The position numbers and the translations under genes are program-made. The notes beneath the pieces are model-generated. The model worked only from the letters and a program-made list of their open reading frames with translations, did no database searches and was not told the DNA's origin. From Antedon mediterranea (taxonomy: Eukaryota; Animalia; Echinodermata), in assembly GCF_964355755.1 (NCBI RefSeq), contig NC_092671.1:8494001-8558000 (forward strand): a DNA stretch of 64,000 nucleotides, read 5' to 3'. Positions 40,510 through 53,805 of the stretch are shown here, piece after piece; within the stretch, counting starts at the first letter, position 1; the number at the start of each line of letters is the position of its first letter.

Positions 40510-40923
40510 TATATATATATGGTCTTCAAACCATTATTTTGCGAAATTATATATTTCACAAAATTGTATATTTTACATTGTATACCTATATTATAGACAT
40601 ACAATGCAGATTTTATTATAATGATGATCACACTGAAAATGTTTTAAATATATATCAACAATTAGGGTATAAAATAATGTGTCTCTGCTGGAGGGCCTAC
40701 TCTGGCCAAATTGCATTGTTCAATCTACATCTACTGGAACAATGTGTTATTAATTATATAGTATTAGAATATTGATAATAAGTTTTGCAGTACACAAGGT
40801 AATATTCTTTTTAAAAAGTAAGTACGTACGATCGAACCCAAACTTACCTACTTCCCTTTTTAAAGGAAGTTAGTACTTGTAATATCACAATGTTACTACA
40901 GTAAATTAGAATACATTATTAAA

Positions 40924-43900
40924 TCAGCTATTAGTATTTCCATCCTTGTTACTTGTGCACATATTTGGATCAAAGTTTCTTCTTAAAGCTGCTAACATTG
41001 TTTGAAATTCTTTAGATCTCCGCTCCTCGGCAAGCCTTTTATCTTCTAAATCTTGTTTCATAAAATCCAATAAGCCAGTCATATACCTTTCTTCTGCTTT
41101 CTCTAGCCTCTTTTCTTGCCTTCTTTTGCTTGCTGAAGACGTAAATGTTCTAGTATTTCTCCAAGCTATCCCATCCATTTTTCTAGTCAAAATTAGAAAT
41201 GACTTTTCTGACAAAAGAGTTTCTTTCTCTCTTTTTTCATCTAAAATAAATGAAAATAAATACAGTTTAATTAAGCAGAATGTTAATAATACTAATTTCA
41301 AAAGTATTTTGAATAATTTCAAAAGTAGTTTTAATCAAGTGCAATTGTAAACAAATATTTAAGAAAAAATTAATTAACCTTTGTTATCTTGAAATTGCTG
41401 CTTAGACCTTTCTAGGAGACTTCTAAGAACAATAGATTCTTTCTCACCCTCTCTTGATACATTTTGTTTGTTACCAGGTTTGGTGTTGTTATGTCCAAGT
41501 TGCTGCAACAATAACGGTTGATCTTTGCTGCCATGTTGAAAGTTTTCAAGTTTGTTTTCTGGTTGTAAGTTTAGAAACTGCTGAATGTCTTGTTTCTGTA
41601 AACTGAAATGTCCTTCCTCGTTTTCATCTACATTAAATTGCTGGCAAAACATATGTTGCTGATCTTTCTCTTGTATTTTCCCATGTTGCTGTATGTTGAC
41701 AGATTTTTGTTTATTTTTTTGAAAATCTATTAAAAAACAGAAACAAAATATCATACAAATAATTAGATGTTCATAAGCTATATATTTCAACTAAATAAAT
41801 ACTTTTGAGATGGCAAAGTTTATAAATAACATAATTCAACAGCAAGTATTGGTAACATGAACAATAAAGGTTTTTTAAACATACCCTCATCTTTAAAAGA
41901 ACTACTGACATTTTCCTCTAATGAGTTGTCTAGCGAAGAATTTAATAGTTCCTTCATTTTATAGTAAAATGGAAATGTTGCCAAGACGTCTGTTTCTGAC
42001 GGTGGACCAGTATCATTAAAAACCTTGTATGCTCTCTTCAGATCTTTTATTTTACGCTGAATCTGAATCCAATTTCTATAAAAAGGACCGCATTCTGCCA
42101 ACCGTCTTGCCATTTCAACAAATGTACCCTTCTTAGTTTTATGCGAGTCTAATACACTTTTGATTTCAGGTTGAGCCCAAATGTCTAAAAGATGGTAGAC
42201 TTCTATATCTGCCCAATTGAATGCTCTTCTTCTATTTAAAGTTTGATCTTGCTTAGTTTCCATTTGGTTTCTATTCATCTCTTCAGCTTCATTTTTATTT
42301 TCATTGACCCAATTTTGCTGAATGTTTCCATGTTCTCTCATATGTTGCCACTTATTGTCATTTTTCTCCTCTTCTTTGCTATTAGGTTGCATGGTGGTAT
42401 GTTGGTTTCTGTTATCAAGTGATTTACTACACATAATCTGCTCTTCAATATCATCAAACTCCTTTATTTCATCAAAAACTTCTCCATCGTTAGGATATTG
42501 AGAACTCACTTCATCACTGAGTACAAAGGAAAGCTCAAAACCTACTTCTATAAAAAACAAGACATTGTTATACTACAAAAGCATTAATTGCTTACCTCTA
42601 ACCCATAGTTAAATTTTCAAAATTAGAAAATAATTTTTGTTACAAATGCCTGGTTCTGTGAGGTTTTTGGATATATACAAATGGTACAAATACGTCAGGT
42701 GATGAAATAGAAAATATACTTACTATCATCTCCAACTGACTCATCAACATTCTCCGGAAAATATGAAGAGTATGGTTTTATTAAACCTTTCATTTTGTAG
42801 TAAAATGGAAAAGTTCTAAAGATTTCAACTTCCGATGGTGGACCAGCATCATTGAAAACCTTGTACGCTCTTCTTAGATCTTTTATTTTGCGCTGAATCT
42901 GAATCCAATTTCTATCATAAGGACCACAGTCTGCCAACCGTCTAGCAATTTCAACAAAGGTACCTTTCTTTGTTTCATGTGAGTCTATTACCCTTTTGAT
43001 TTCTGGTTCACACCAAATGTTTAAAAGGTGGTTGACTTCTTTTTCTGTCCAAAGAATTCGTTTTTGTTTTGAAGTCTTTGAATCATCTTCTCTCATCTCA
43101 TTACTTTCATCCACAATTTGATCTTCCTGATTTTCTTCTTTATTGTCTGGTTCAGTATTTTCCTGCTGTTTGTCAAGTAGCTGTTTACTATCTAAAAGCT
43201 TTTCATTTTCAAGCTCTTCATTTTCATCAAAAACTTCTTCGTCTCCGCCCTGATAATTTTCTTCATCACTTAAGATGTGAGAGTGCTCTAAACCTGAAAT
43301 CATAATTTAATTGTAGTTTTGTTATGTGGTGGTACACATTTTGTTTTAGATTCCAAAAAAAATTTGGAACACCCTCAATGTTAATACCACAGTCAGAGGT
43401 TGATTACTGCCCTCACCCATCTATTTAGCTTGCCCTTTAAAGACTAATAACTAATAAAAGTATGATGATTTAGTAAATGTTTCAAAAATGTTTAGATTTT
43501 TTTTGTTTTTAAGAACAAAGGTAATTAGCTAGTCAGTTTTAATATTACAAACATGTACAGAACATAAAAAGAAACTTACTATCATCTTCAATGAAAGTAT
43601 CAACATTGTCAGGAACATCTGAAGAGAATTTCATTAAACCTTTCATTTTGTAGTAAAATGGAAACGTTCTAAAGATTTCAACTTCCGATGGTGGACCAGC
43701 TTCACTGAAAACCTTGAACGTTCTTCTTAGATCTTTTATTTTACGCTGAATCTGAATCCAATTTCTATCATAAGGACCACAGTCTGCCAACCGTCTTGCA
43801 ATTTTAACAAATGTACCTTTCTTTGCTTCATTTGATTCTATTACTCTTTTGATATCAGGTTCACACCAAATGTCTAAAAGAAGGTGCACTTCTTTTTCTG

Positions 43901-46900
43901 TCCAATTGACTCTCTTCTGTTTTGAGAGATCTTCTTTCATTTTACTACTTTCAAGTTGGTTAACATCATTCTGGTGTAACTGCGGACTTAACTGTTTACA
44001 ATCTAAAAGGATCACTTCACTATCAATCTCTTCATTTTCATCCAAAATATCATCCTCCTGATATGGATAACTGTCTTCATCACTTAAAGCTGAAATCACA
44101 ATTTAATTTTGATTTATTTATTACAATAATACAACTTATCTACAGTAGTGCTTTCTGTCAAACAAAGCACACAAAAACAATATACTTTACAAATTCCGGA
44201 ACACAACCTACCATCATTCATTGAAGTATTGGCATTGTCTTTTATGCTGTCCGATACATCTGCTAAAGGCTTCTTTATCAACTCTTTCATTTTGAAGTAA
44301 AATGGAAAAACTTTCACAATTTCAGCTTCTGGTCTATCCTGATATAGCTTGTATAATCTCCTCAGGTCTTTTACTTTGTGCTGGATCTGAATCCAGTTTC
44401 TAATATAAGGACCACGATCTCCTAACCTTTTGGCCATTTCAGCCCAAGCCTTTGTTTTGTTTTTATGAGTTGACTCTGTAATGTGTTTTATATCTGGTTC
44501 ACTCCAGACGTCTATAAGGTGATTGATTTCAGTATCTCTCCAATTGATATCTCGTTTTCTTTTATGAGTAGACTCCACTACACTCGAATCAGTCAATAGC
44601 TGCTCTTCAATCTCGCTATTATCAAATGGTTGCTCAATCTCTGGATGCTGATCAAATGTTTCATCTTCATCTTGGCCAAATTCTTCATCACTCACAATAT
44701 CTTCAAAATCTGAAATTATATGGTAAATGTTGCAAATATACAAATATAAATTAACATTAAAAAATTATAAATAAAACAAAAGCTGCAGTTCTGTTTTTAT
44801 TTTTGATTTAAGACATTTAAGAAGATAGTAAATCTGGATAACTAAATCAATAATCATTGGTCAATCATTGGTTACCAAGGCTACTATTGTAAATTAAATA
44901 AAACAATAGTTACACTAAATAAAAATAGATTAAAAAAAAACAATACCTTCTTCTTCTACAGCAGTTCCGGTGTTATCCAGAACATCCGATGATGATTGCT
45001 TAAATAATTCTTGGAGTTTGTAATAAAATGGAAACACCCTCATAATTTCAAATTCTGATTTCGGATTCTCATTACAGAGCCTAAAGGATTGTCTCAAACC
45101 TTTAATTTTAACCTGAACTTGCATCCATGTTCGCTTATGAGGACTGCAAGTCAACCGCTTGGCAATTTCATTCCAGGCCCACTTTTTACTGCTCTTTCGA
45201 TGGGATTCAATTACCCTCCTTATTTTAGGTTCACTCCAAATTTCTATCAGATTATAGGTTTCGGTATCTGACCACCTTGACGCCCTTCTCTTTTTATTTA
45301 AAGATCTTCTTTCAAGTTGGTCCTTATTGGCTAATGGTGCTTCATCTTGACGCTGCGTAACAAAGCTTGCGCTCTCAATGTTTGTGTTTCTTCTCAATCT
45401 ATCAAACTCATTATCTGTATCCGATTGTTGTTCGTCCTCATCGAGGAAACTTTCTTCATCACTTAGAATACAAGAATCTGCGTCAAAAAATATAAAACTA
45501 ATGTAAATATTAAATAACACAGTATTTCATAATATTGCCAAGAACTCATTTTATTTGTGAAGGATAATAAAAGATCAGAGTTTAAAATTACGAGTAATTA
45601 ACAAAACGATATAGAAAATTAAAAACTTACCATCGTCGTCATCATCTTGTACCAGACTCTTGATATTTTCTTCTAATGAGCTGTTACCAAGTACATCCGA
45701 GAGGGACTTCTTCATTAAATTTTGAATTTTGTGATAAAATGGAAATACCTTCAAGACTTCAGTTTCTGAACGTGGACCAGAATAATGACAAATCTTGTAT
45801 GCTGCCCTCAGGTCTTTAACTTTTTGCTTGACTTGCTTCCAGGTCTTATTATGACATCTTGAAGATAACCTTTGTGCAATTTCAGCCCAAACAAATTGTT
45901 TACTAACATTTTTACTTGATTCAGTTATACTCCTTATTTCAGGTTGGCTCCAGATTTCAATGAGGTCATTGATTTCAAAATCTGTCCAGTAGGAAGTCAT
46001 TTTTCTTTTTGAAATTAAGTTAGCATTATCCTCATCAATATTGTCATCAGCTTTACTTAAAAATAAAGCTTGTACTTCTTTTGCAATTATGGCGCTAGTT
46101 TCACACTGATTACCATTTTTGCTTGTATTCTGAACTTCTGTACCGTTATCATCTTCTATTACTTCACATTCTGTACTTTCATCATTATCTTTTTGTTCAG
46201 TAAGTGTTTCTTCTAGAAAAACCAGAAATATTAGCTTCAATAGATGCTCAAACTAATCAAACATATTTCTTTCTTAAGAACAACTAATAATCAGAATAAA
46301 ATTCAACTCCCTGTAATAATCAGAATAAAATTCAACTCCCTGTAATAATCACATCTACTGCACAGTAATATGCCTAACAATACAATATATTCCACTGTTT
46401 CAATATACGTCTTTACTTTGAAATCTGTAATTAACTATAAGGCCAACCCTAAACCAAAATTGTTTTCAGCCTGCAAGTACTAATGTATGTTCATCACTAG
46501 GTTTCAGATTATGTCAGTGTCACTGTCACTACTTCCCTAATGAAGCATACAAATGCCAAATGTCACCTAATACTATAGTTTTTTCCCATTAGGTCAACTT
46601 ACCTAAGTTTTCTTCTAACAAAGCAATTTCTTTGGCTGATGAGTCCACCATCAATTCGTGGATTCTGGTGCTGAATTGGCGATTTATAGTGAAGAAAGGC
46701 CCTCTGTACATTTGTAGTAAGTTCTTGATTTTAGAGCGAATTTCAATTTCAGGTCTCTCAGTGTGTCCAAGCTCAACCAACCTTAAGCGAATTTTGTTCC
46801 AAACATCTTTTGTATTTTTGTTGGATGTTAATTCATTTTTTATTTCAGACTCACTCCAAATATCTATAAGGTGATGAGTTTCATCATCTGACCATGTAGC

Positions 46901-46918
46901 AGCCTCCTTCTTCGCCAT
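40924..46918 (-). CDS. Multi-Myb/SANT-like (trihelix, MSANTD/Harbinger-type) protein: 9 exons, 7 DNA-binding domains, Q-rich linker, C-terminal coiled coil, about 1444 aa
   Basis: Exons 46603-46918, 45631-46212, 44947-45477, 44212-44709, 43580-44089, 42724-43293, 41885-42547, 41379-41726 and 40924-41240. Every intron is GT-AG phase 1 and the joined CDS of 4335 nt is open. Exons 1-7 each carry W.D.E...L(L/I).IW....K(I/V)K.L, ending in FPFYxK in exons 2-7. Confidence 0.88.
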
Positions 46919-47699
46919 GTTTGTTAGGCTAGGCCTAGTTTAGAATCAAATTACAGGACGTTCTGTTATTGATCATAGGTAGGTTGTTTGTTTTGTGCCG
47001 ACATGTGTTGTTATAACGCGGTTACTGACGACGCGACGGATTAGGTCAACATTGTCAATTTTTCTAGCTCCAATCAATACAGCTAACAAAAAACCTTTGC
47101 ACTATACACACTTTTAAAAATGAGATAAAATATTATTTATCTTGTGTTTATCTGTTGATATAGTGTTAAAGTGATGCAACATATTGATCTCTAAATACAG
47201 TACTTTTCGTCAATCTAAATTGTGTTATTCAAATGATATACATCAAAATGCAACCTTGGTTTAATTAATTTCACTGAGAGACATGATAAAATAAAAAGTT
47301 GTAGAACGACCAAGTGTCATTCATTTATCACTACTGTACATTACAAGCTACATTTAAGAGTATACAGTACTATTTAAAATCACATTTGTATTATTGGATT
47401 GTTAAAACTTAAAATTTAAAAATATAGTGTACAGTACTTGTACTTGTGTAGTGAGTTTTCAACAGAATTAAAATGATGTCATTTGTTTAAATGTCTACAA
47501 TACAAAGCAAGCCTGTACAGTTTGAACAAGCAGGTAAATGAAAGACAAAGAGTTATTCTGATTTTAGTGACATTCTCATTATAAACCACATTACAATCAT
47601 GAAGTTCCTTCAGACTGAATGAATGGACCCTGAGAAAATTTAATTAGTTTATACATGATTGCACTAATATGAAAAAACAAACAGCTAATAACTATATTT

Positions 47700-50436
47700 T
47701 TATACTAATACCATTTTTTACATCTGTATAATGTAACAACTTGTAACCATGTTTGCAAAGAGTGAATACAATGTTCATGCCGACGAGAGGCCTGTTCTTT
47801 TCTTCTGAGATGTTGTACTTTGCATGTGTTGCCCTGGAATTATTTTAACTGACCACAGTACACTAATAATTAAATAGCGCCCCCAACTATGGAATGACAA
47901 TACTTTCTCCAGAGATTTCTCAGGGTTTGCGTATGTGTGTATGAAAGTGTGTAATAAATTGAGAGATTAAACAAGTTGTAACAATTAACGCAGATGTGGA
48001 AAGAGTATTAGTAACACTTTATATAAGGAAAATAAATCTTACTCTGACTGTCTACTGGTTGATGTACTAGGAGTTGAATCACTACAAAAAAAAATAAAAT
48101 AGAATTACTATACACTAAATTAATATGTTCACTACATTAATGGATATAATTACAATCGTAACCATGGCAGTCATATTTTACATAAGATTACGGCAAATAT
48201 AAATATTGATGGGAAACCATGTAATCCGTTATTAAAATTGCAGTGTCTCATAATGTGACTTCAGCTCTTTCCAAACGAGTGTTTCACACAACGCAACATC
48301 AACACTCGTTCTGATTGGTGTGAATAAAAAAACAAAAAACTCTGCAGCTCTATAGTAATCAGTAATTAGGCCCCCTCTAACTAAAACATCATTATGTAGT
48401 TGGTTCATACTGTTATACATCATTTAATTAGCAAGTAAGTTTAAAGCCTAAAATATATTACCTTTCTTTAGTTGTTTTCTGGTTTGAAGTGGTAGTGATA
48501 CTGAAATTAATTAAATAAATAAATTAGCAATATTTGCCTATTAATAGACTGTATGACATGACTCCAACATCTTTTTAATACTTCTGGTTTGATAGCTTTT
48601 GTTGATTCATTCTCTGATGCAATGTATTTCTATATTCACACTTAGATTACAAAAGATTTATAAAATCAAACAGAAATCTTAATATTAGATTCTTGTGTCC
48701 TAAAACTATTTCATGAAACTTACGATTCTTCAGGTGTTTGCTGCGTTTTACACATCTTGGAATAATAACTGAAATAATAATAAATGTATTATTAGAGTGA
48801 TGACTATAGTATCAAGTGAAAGGCATGAGTTCAAGTTTCGGTCTGTGCTATATTCATTGTATCCTTTACTCGAATTGCCTCATTCTAAGAATGGGATGTA
48901 TACATGTTAAAGAACATGATACATTACTCAAAAAGAGTAGATCACTGATGTAGATGCTCTGATCTTGCTAGTTGCTAGTTGTTGTGAGTCCATACTGTAG
49001 AGGGCCTAATCTACATTTCCTCATTTTCCAGATACAGAATCACAGCATATAGGCAACACATATTGGTGAAAATAAAACAAACAAGGCCTTAGCATCCAAC
49101 TTCAAAAGTTGTGAATATTACAGAATTTTATATCAACATATTGATTTTGCAATGCAAAACTTCATACAATATATTACAAAAATTGTACTTTTATTTACAA
49201 ATTTATATAAAATTCTTTTTATAGCTATACTTACGAGTTTAACAGAAATTCTGTTAACTCTTCATGTGTGTTAAAATTTAGATTTTTCCTAACTTTCAGC
49301 CACCTTTTATACTGTTCACCAAACATTGCTTTTGCAGCATCGCCTCGTTTCACATAGTAATAACTATATAGAAAAAAAATATTGATTAAAAATTATTTAA
49401 TAATTAATATAATGCTTTTTACTTGGGGTACTCTAGGACTCTCTCATCTTCTCCTCTTCTTCCATCCGACACTATTGAGTGTGTCATTACAGCTTCTTTT
49501 GCTGTACCCCGAGTATCGCACATTTGTGCTTGTTGGTATAGGACAACGTACAGGTTATAAACAGTGTTAATACTTGCACAGATTTCAAGTCCTTATTCAA
49601 GAAGATTCAAGTTTTACTTGATCCAGTACCATGATCAAGGAGAGCGTTGAGCATGTACAGTATGGTTGTTGGCACCTCCACTTGACTCAAATTCAGAAAT
49701 CAAAATGGCCTATTAGAGAGACAATACAAACCTCCCACGATGGCCTAGGAAACTGGCCATTTAAAAAAATGTAAACATTATAACCCAACCAACTTGGAAC
49801 CTACCAATCTATTAATCCTTCTGCTACTTTTACATCATTGAATTTAAATTCAGACGCAATGTTTTTCCATCTAGGCAGTTGATTACCTATGTTTAATAAT
49901 GGACTAGATCTATTTCTATAGTCCATTTCTTCCTTCTTGTCTTTGTTATTGTCTTTCTTATTTCCTCTTGATTTTTTCCTATACGTGTTAATTTCTGACA
50001 AGATTTTTTTTTTCTTCGTTGCAGTTGCTCCGTCTTGTCCAGTTTTAGAACATCGTTTATTCTTTCTTTTGAGACTTGTAATTTTTTGTGGTTCTTCATT
50101 GTTGACAGTCACAAATTGTCCCCAAGTGTTTTCATCTGTATCGTCTACAGGTTCAGTTTTTATTCGAATAATCTTCCCTTCTATATCAATAAGCGAGTGT
50201 GCTGGATCCTCAATTGCCTCTTCATTACTTTCATTCTCTGACATTGTATTTTCACATTCTTTTTTTATTTCCAACATGTTATTAATTGATATGTTACAAC
50301 CAAGTCCTAGTAGCTGTTGGTGCATCCTGGAAGTATTTGAGTCGCTTTCTGGTTCGACATGTTGGTTATCCATACTGCAAGAAGTCGATTGATATTCTGC
50401 ATAGCTATCATCTTCATTTTCTATTTTTATGTCCAT
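47700..50436 (-). CDS. Uncharacterised acidic nuclear protein with IKIE/IKTE motifs, a small helical domain and phase-2 micro-exons
   Basis: Candidate exons 49805-50436, 49235-49363 (YYYVKRGDAAKAMFGEQYKRWLKVRKNLNFNTHEELTEFLLNS), 48724-48768, 48462-48500, 48043-48081 and a tentative last exon 47700-47833. All introns are GT-AG phase 2. A 5' UTR acceptor lies at 50461. Confidence 0.65.
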
Positions 50437-52832
50437 CTTACTGGCATTCAGCTACTGTACCCTGAAAGGAAAAAAAACGAGGCCATCAAAAAAGTTTTCT
50501 ATCAGAACAGTTGATCATGGTCCTTAAATTTCCTGGCCTTACAGTATTCACGGTTTGTGAAGACATATTAGCAATATATTATTAGACCTATATTACTATG
50601 AGGAATCTAATTTAAGATCACAAACTATATTTAATGTAAAAATAATACTATATGGTCCTATTGCGATAACTTTTTTCGTCTTTAAATGGTTAAATTAAAA
50701 ATAAGTCGATTCGAATAATTATAGCGGCCCCGCTATAAATCTCAAAATGCATTGCGCCCGGATTGATATTATTTATATCAAGTTTTGTTTTTCTTCTGTA
50801 ATTCACTCACTTTTCGATCGATCACAAGGCCAAAACAAATGGAAGATTCCTAACTTTTCAGCGAAAATACCAGGTTTTCCCCAACTTGTATCACTTTTTA
50901 TCATAATTTACCATAAAAACATACATTTAAGACAAGGAATGACCTGGTTTAATGTTTTTAAAGTAATAATATACAGTACAGTATATGTATTATTTTTACA
51001 AAACGTCACTGGTTGGAGGTACACACCTAATGGGTGACAGTGGCTTAGGCTGCTTTTGTGCTTTCCTGGCAGCTAATGACTATGATTTTATATTTTCTTT
51101 TGCGTTGTGTTTGTTTAATTTGTTGATTTATATTATATATATTATTATTTTGTAAAATGTATCTTTTGCCTGAATAAATAATAATAATAAATTGTAGGGA
51201 AGGTGTATTTATTAAATATATCATGGATCAAACATAATTATACAATTTGTAATTGTAAAATTAACATAGTATTAGTAATGCAACAAGTGCACTATTAATT
51301 TTTCGAATGGAATAATGTATACCACGGAGGGCACGTAATAATTAATATGCAACCACGCCTGGTGTTCCATACTAAAAACATGCAGCCAAACGTCAAGCCT
51401 GGTGGCGATTTTTTTTTCCGTACGAGAGTTCCTCCATCGGTTCGTTTCGGACTCAATCGACTCTTCGGTAAGCCACCAATGCTCACTGATGCGTGACAGA
51501 CAGCAACCACAAGACACAAAACGTGAGCAGCTTTTTTGCACGAGTGACAGATTTATACATACTACTACTAGGCCTAGGCCTATACTATACTCACTGTAAA
51601 TATAATAATAAATATTAATAGTAGTACTGAACCTCATTGTAATAATAATAATAGGCCTAAAATTGTAATAATATAATACTGTATAGGCAGTAACACTAAC
51701 AGATATTTTTATCAAGAAAATTACAATTTTCTTCAGGTTTTTAAGTGTAAACATTTGAAAAATTGTATACATTACATAGTAGGCCTGTAGTAGTAGTAAC
51801 ATGTATTCTTGTAAGTTGTAATGTATAGAAACACATGCTTGCTTATAAAGCGTTTAATATTGTGTTAATTTAATAATTATTGATATCTTGGGCGGTGGAA
51901 ATTTTGAATTAAAATGAACAAATTTTTTGTAAAATTAATTTCAGAAACCATAATAAAAAAAATAAAATCAAGAATATGGAATACAGAAAACCGATCTTCT
52001 TGATAAGATGATAGTATCACATATAAGCTTCCTGGAAAATTTGTTATTATTAAATGTATTTGTAGTCGTGTCAGTACCGTAAAATTTAATATTTTTTACT
52101 TTGCATGTATTTTTTATGATTTTCCAAATTACATACACATAATAAACAATAATATTAGTTGTAGGCCTATAACTTAATTAAAACTATGGAACGATCTCCC
52201 TGTTAAAATAAAACTTTCTGTATCTTTAATTACTCTTTAAAAATCTGTAAAACGCTACCTATTAGCCATTTAAACAACATACTTTTGTTATGCTCTATAT
52301 TTTTTCTCCTTCGTTTTTGACTTATATTTTGTTTATTGTTTTATCATGCTTTTTCTTTTATGTATTTCTGCATACTTGTTTTTTAGGGGCCCTCATGAGA
52401 CAAGCTTATGCTTCTAGTGCGGGCCCCAGTTGTTGTTGTCATAATAATAACTGAATAAATGTGTATGAACTATGAAAACTCCAAAATGGCCTATTATTAA
52501 AAGTTTGAAATCTTTATTTTTCATGATTAGGGATAATACGTACATCTTTAACGTAAAATTTCCATCAGCTTACAATATAAATATTAATTTAATAATATTA
52601 TTTTAAAAGGTATAAAAAAGATACACTGTGCATGTAGGAATTCCTACTACTGTACATTAAATCATTTTAAATTCAGAATACATTGCATAAAGCTTGGCTA
52701 GCCATAGGCTAGCTACAATACCATAAAAAGAGCATCTCGTTCGTTCAACTTCAAAAAATAATATCTGATACGACCTACTATTGGGTCGTAGACCTAAGTA
52801 TCTTTAATATGCTATTGCTATTGGGTTCTTAA

Positions 52833-53696
52833 CCCTTTCACTGCGTATACCCGGTACTACCGGGTATAAACAAACGTCGTTGAAGTGCGTATACCCGGTA
52901 ATACCGGGTATGGGCAAAACAATGATTTAATCGTATTTGCCTATAATATATAGCACCCTCTATATTTGTTCGATGAACTTGAATATTTTTGCAAGTCATT
53001 AAAAAAATTTTCCAGCAAAAAAACGGCCCTCTATAGCTGTATTATTGTCTTGAAAATCATGCGCCCTCTATAGTTATATTATATATAGTATAGTGTATAT
53101 ACTGTAATAGTATTCTATCTTGGAAAGTTGTTTTGAGTAGCGTAATGGCGGCCATTTTGAAAGTAACCAAAATTTACCAGCCCCAATAGGGCAACATTGT
53201 GTTTATCACAACATTACACGCAAAAAAAAAAAATTCTGAAACAATAGTTAGTTTTGTACTATAGTGAATTTTTGGAAAATGTCATTATTTTCACGATTTT
53301 GCCCCAAAACTTTGATTTGTGCATAATTTTTATAAATAATAAAAATAATTCAATTTTTTTTAATATTTTTATTTGTTATACGTATCTTTATCAATATCCA
53401 GTTGGAGAAACGTATTCCATAAGAATTTCTTATAGAAAATATAGTTTTTATCATTGATTCGATAAAAAACACGAAATCCAAAATACCTGTAATGACGTCA
53501 CATGACGTAATCAATAATAATGCAAATTACATTTTTTTTATACCTAACTGTAGACTAACCCTTTGCCCATCACACACCACAAAAATAATTATACAATTAT
53601 CTCAATTAGTATTTTTTTGCAATTTATTAAAATACCATGTTTTTCTTAAATATACATTACGCACAGAGGTGGGAATAATGCTCCGCAGTGAAAGGG
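52833..53696. mobile_element. piggyBac-like MITE nested in the 6-kb element
   Basis: TTAA|CCCTTTCACTGCG ... CGCAGTGAAAGGG|TTAA, with internal subterminal TGCGTATACCCGGTA repeats. Confidence 0.88.
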
Positions 53697-53805
53697 TTAA
53701 TGTAATTACTAAGTAGGCCTAGTATTTATAGATTCATTTTACTATTGTGAGAGCCTGTGTGTGAAAGTAAGCTCGCGGTTTGTACTGTAAATGTAAATTT
53801 TATTA

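Noticed and set aside
41374-46918. Treating the Myb ORFs as separate single-exon genes
   Set aside because: Most ORF starts are non-ATG codons in intron sequence, and each internal ORF is bounded by phase-matched splice sites.
49420-49745. Extra coding exon in the 48-50 kb gene
   Set aside because: Candidate acceptors lead to early stops in the required phase; not supported without RNA data.
51272-51802. 176-aa ORF and the similar ORF at 57279-57551
   Set aside because: Their shared peptide comes from the two inverted terminal repeats, not from a protein family.
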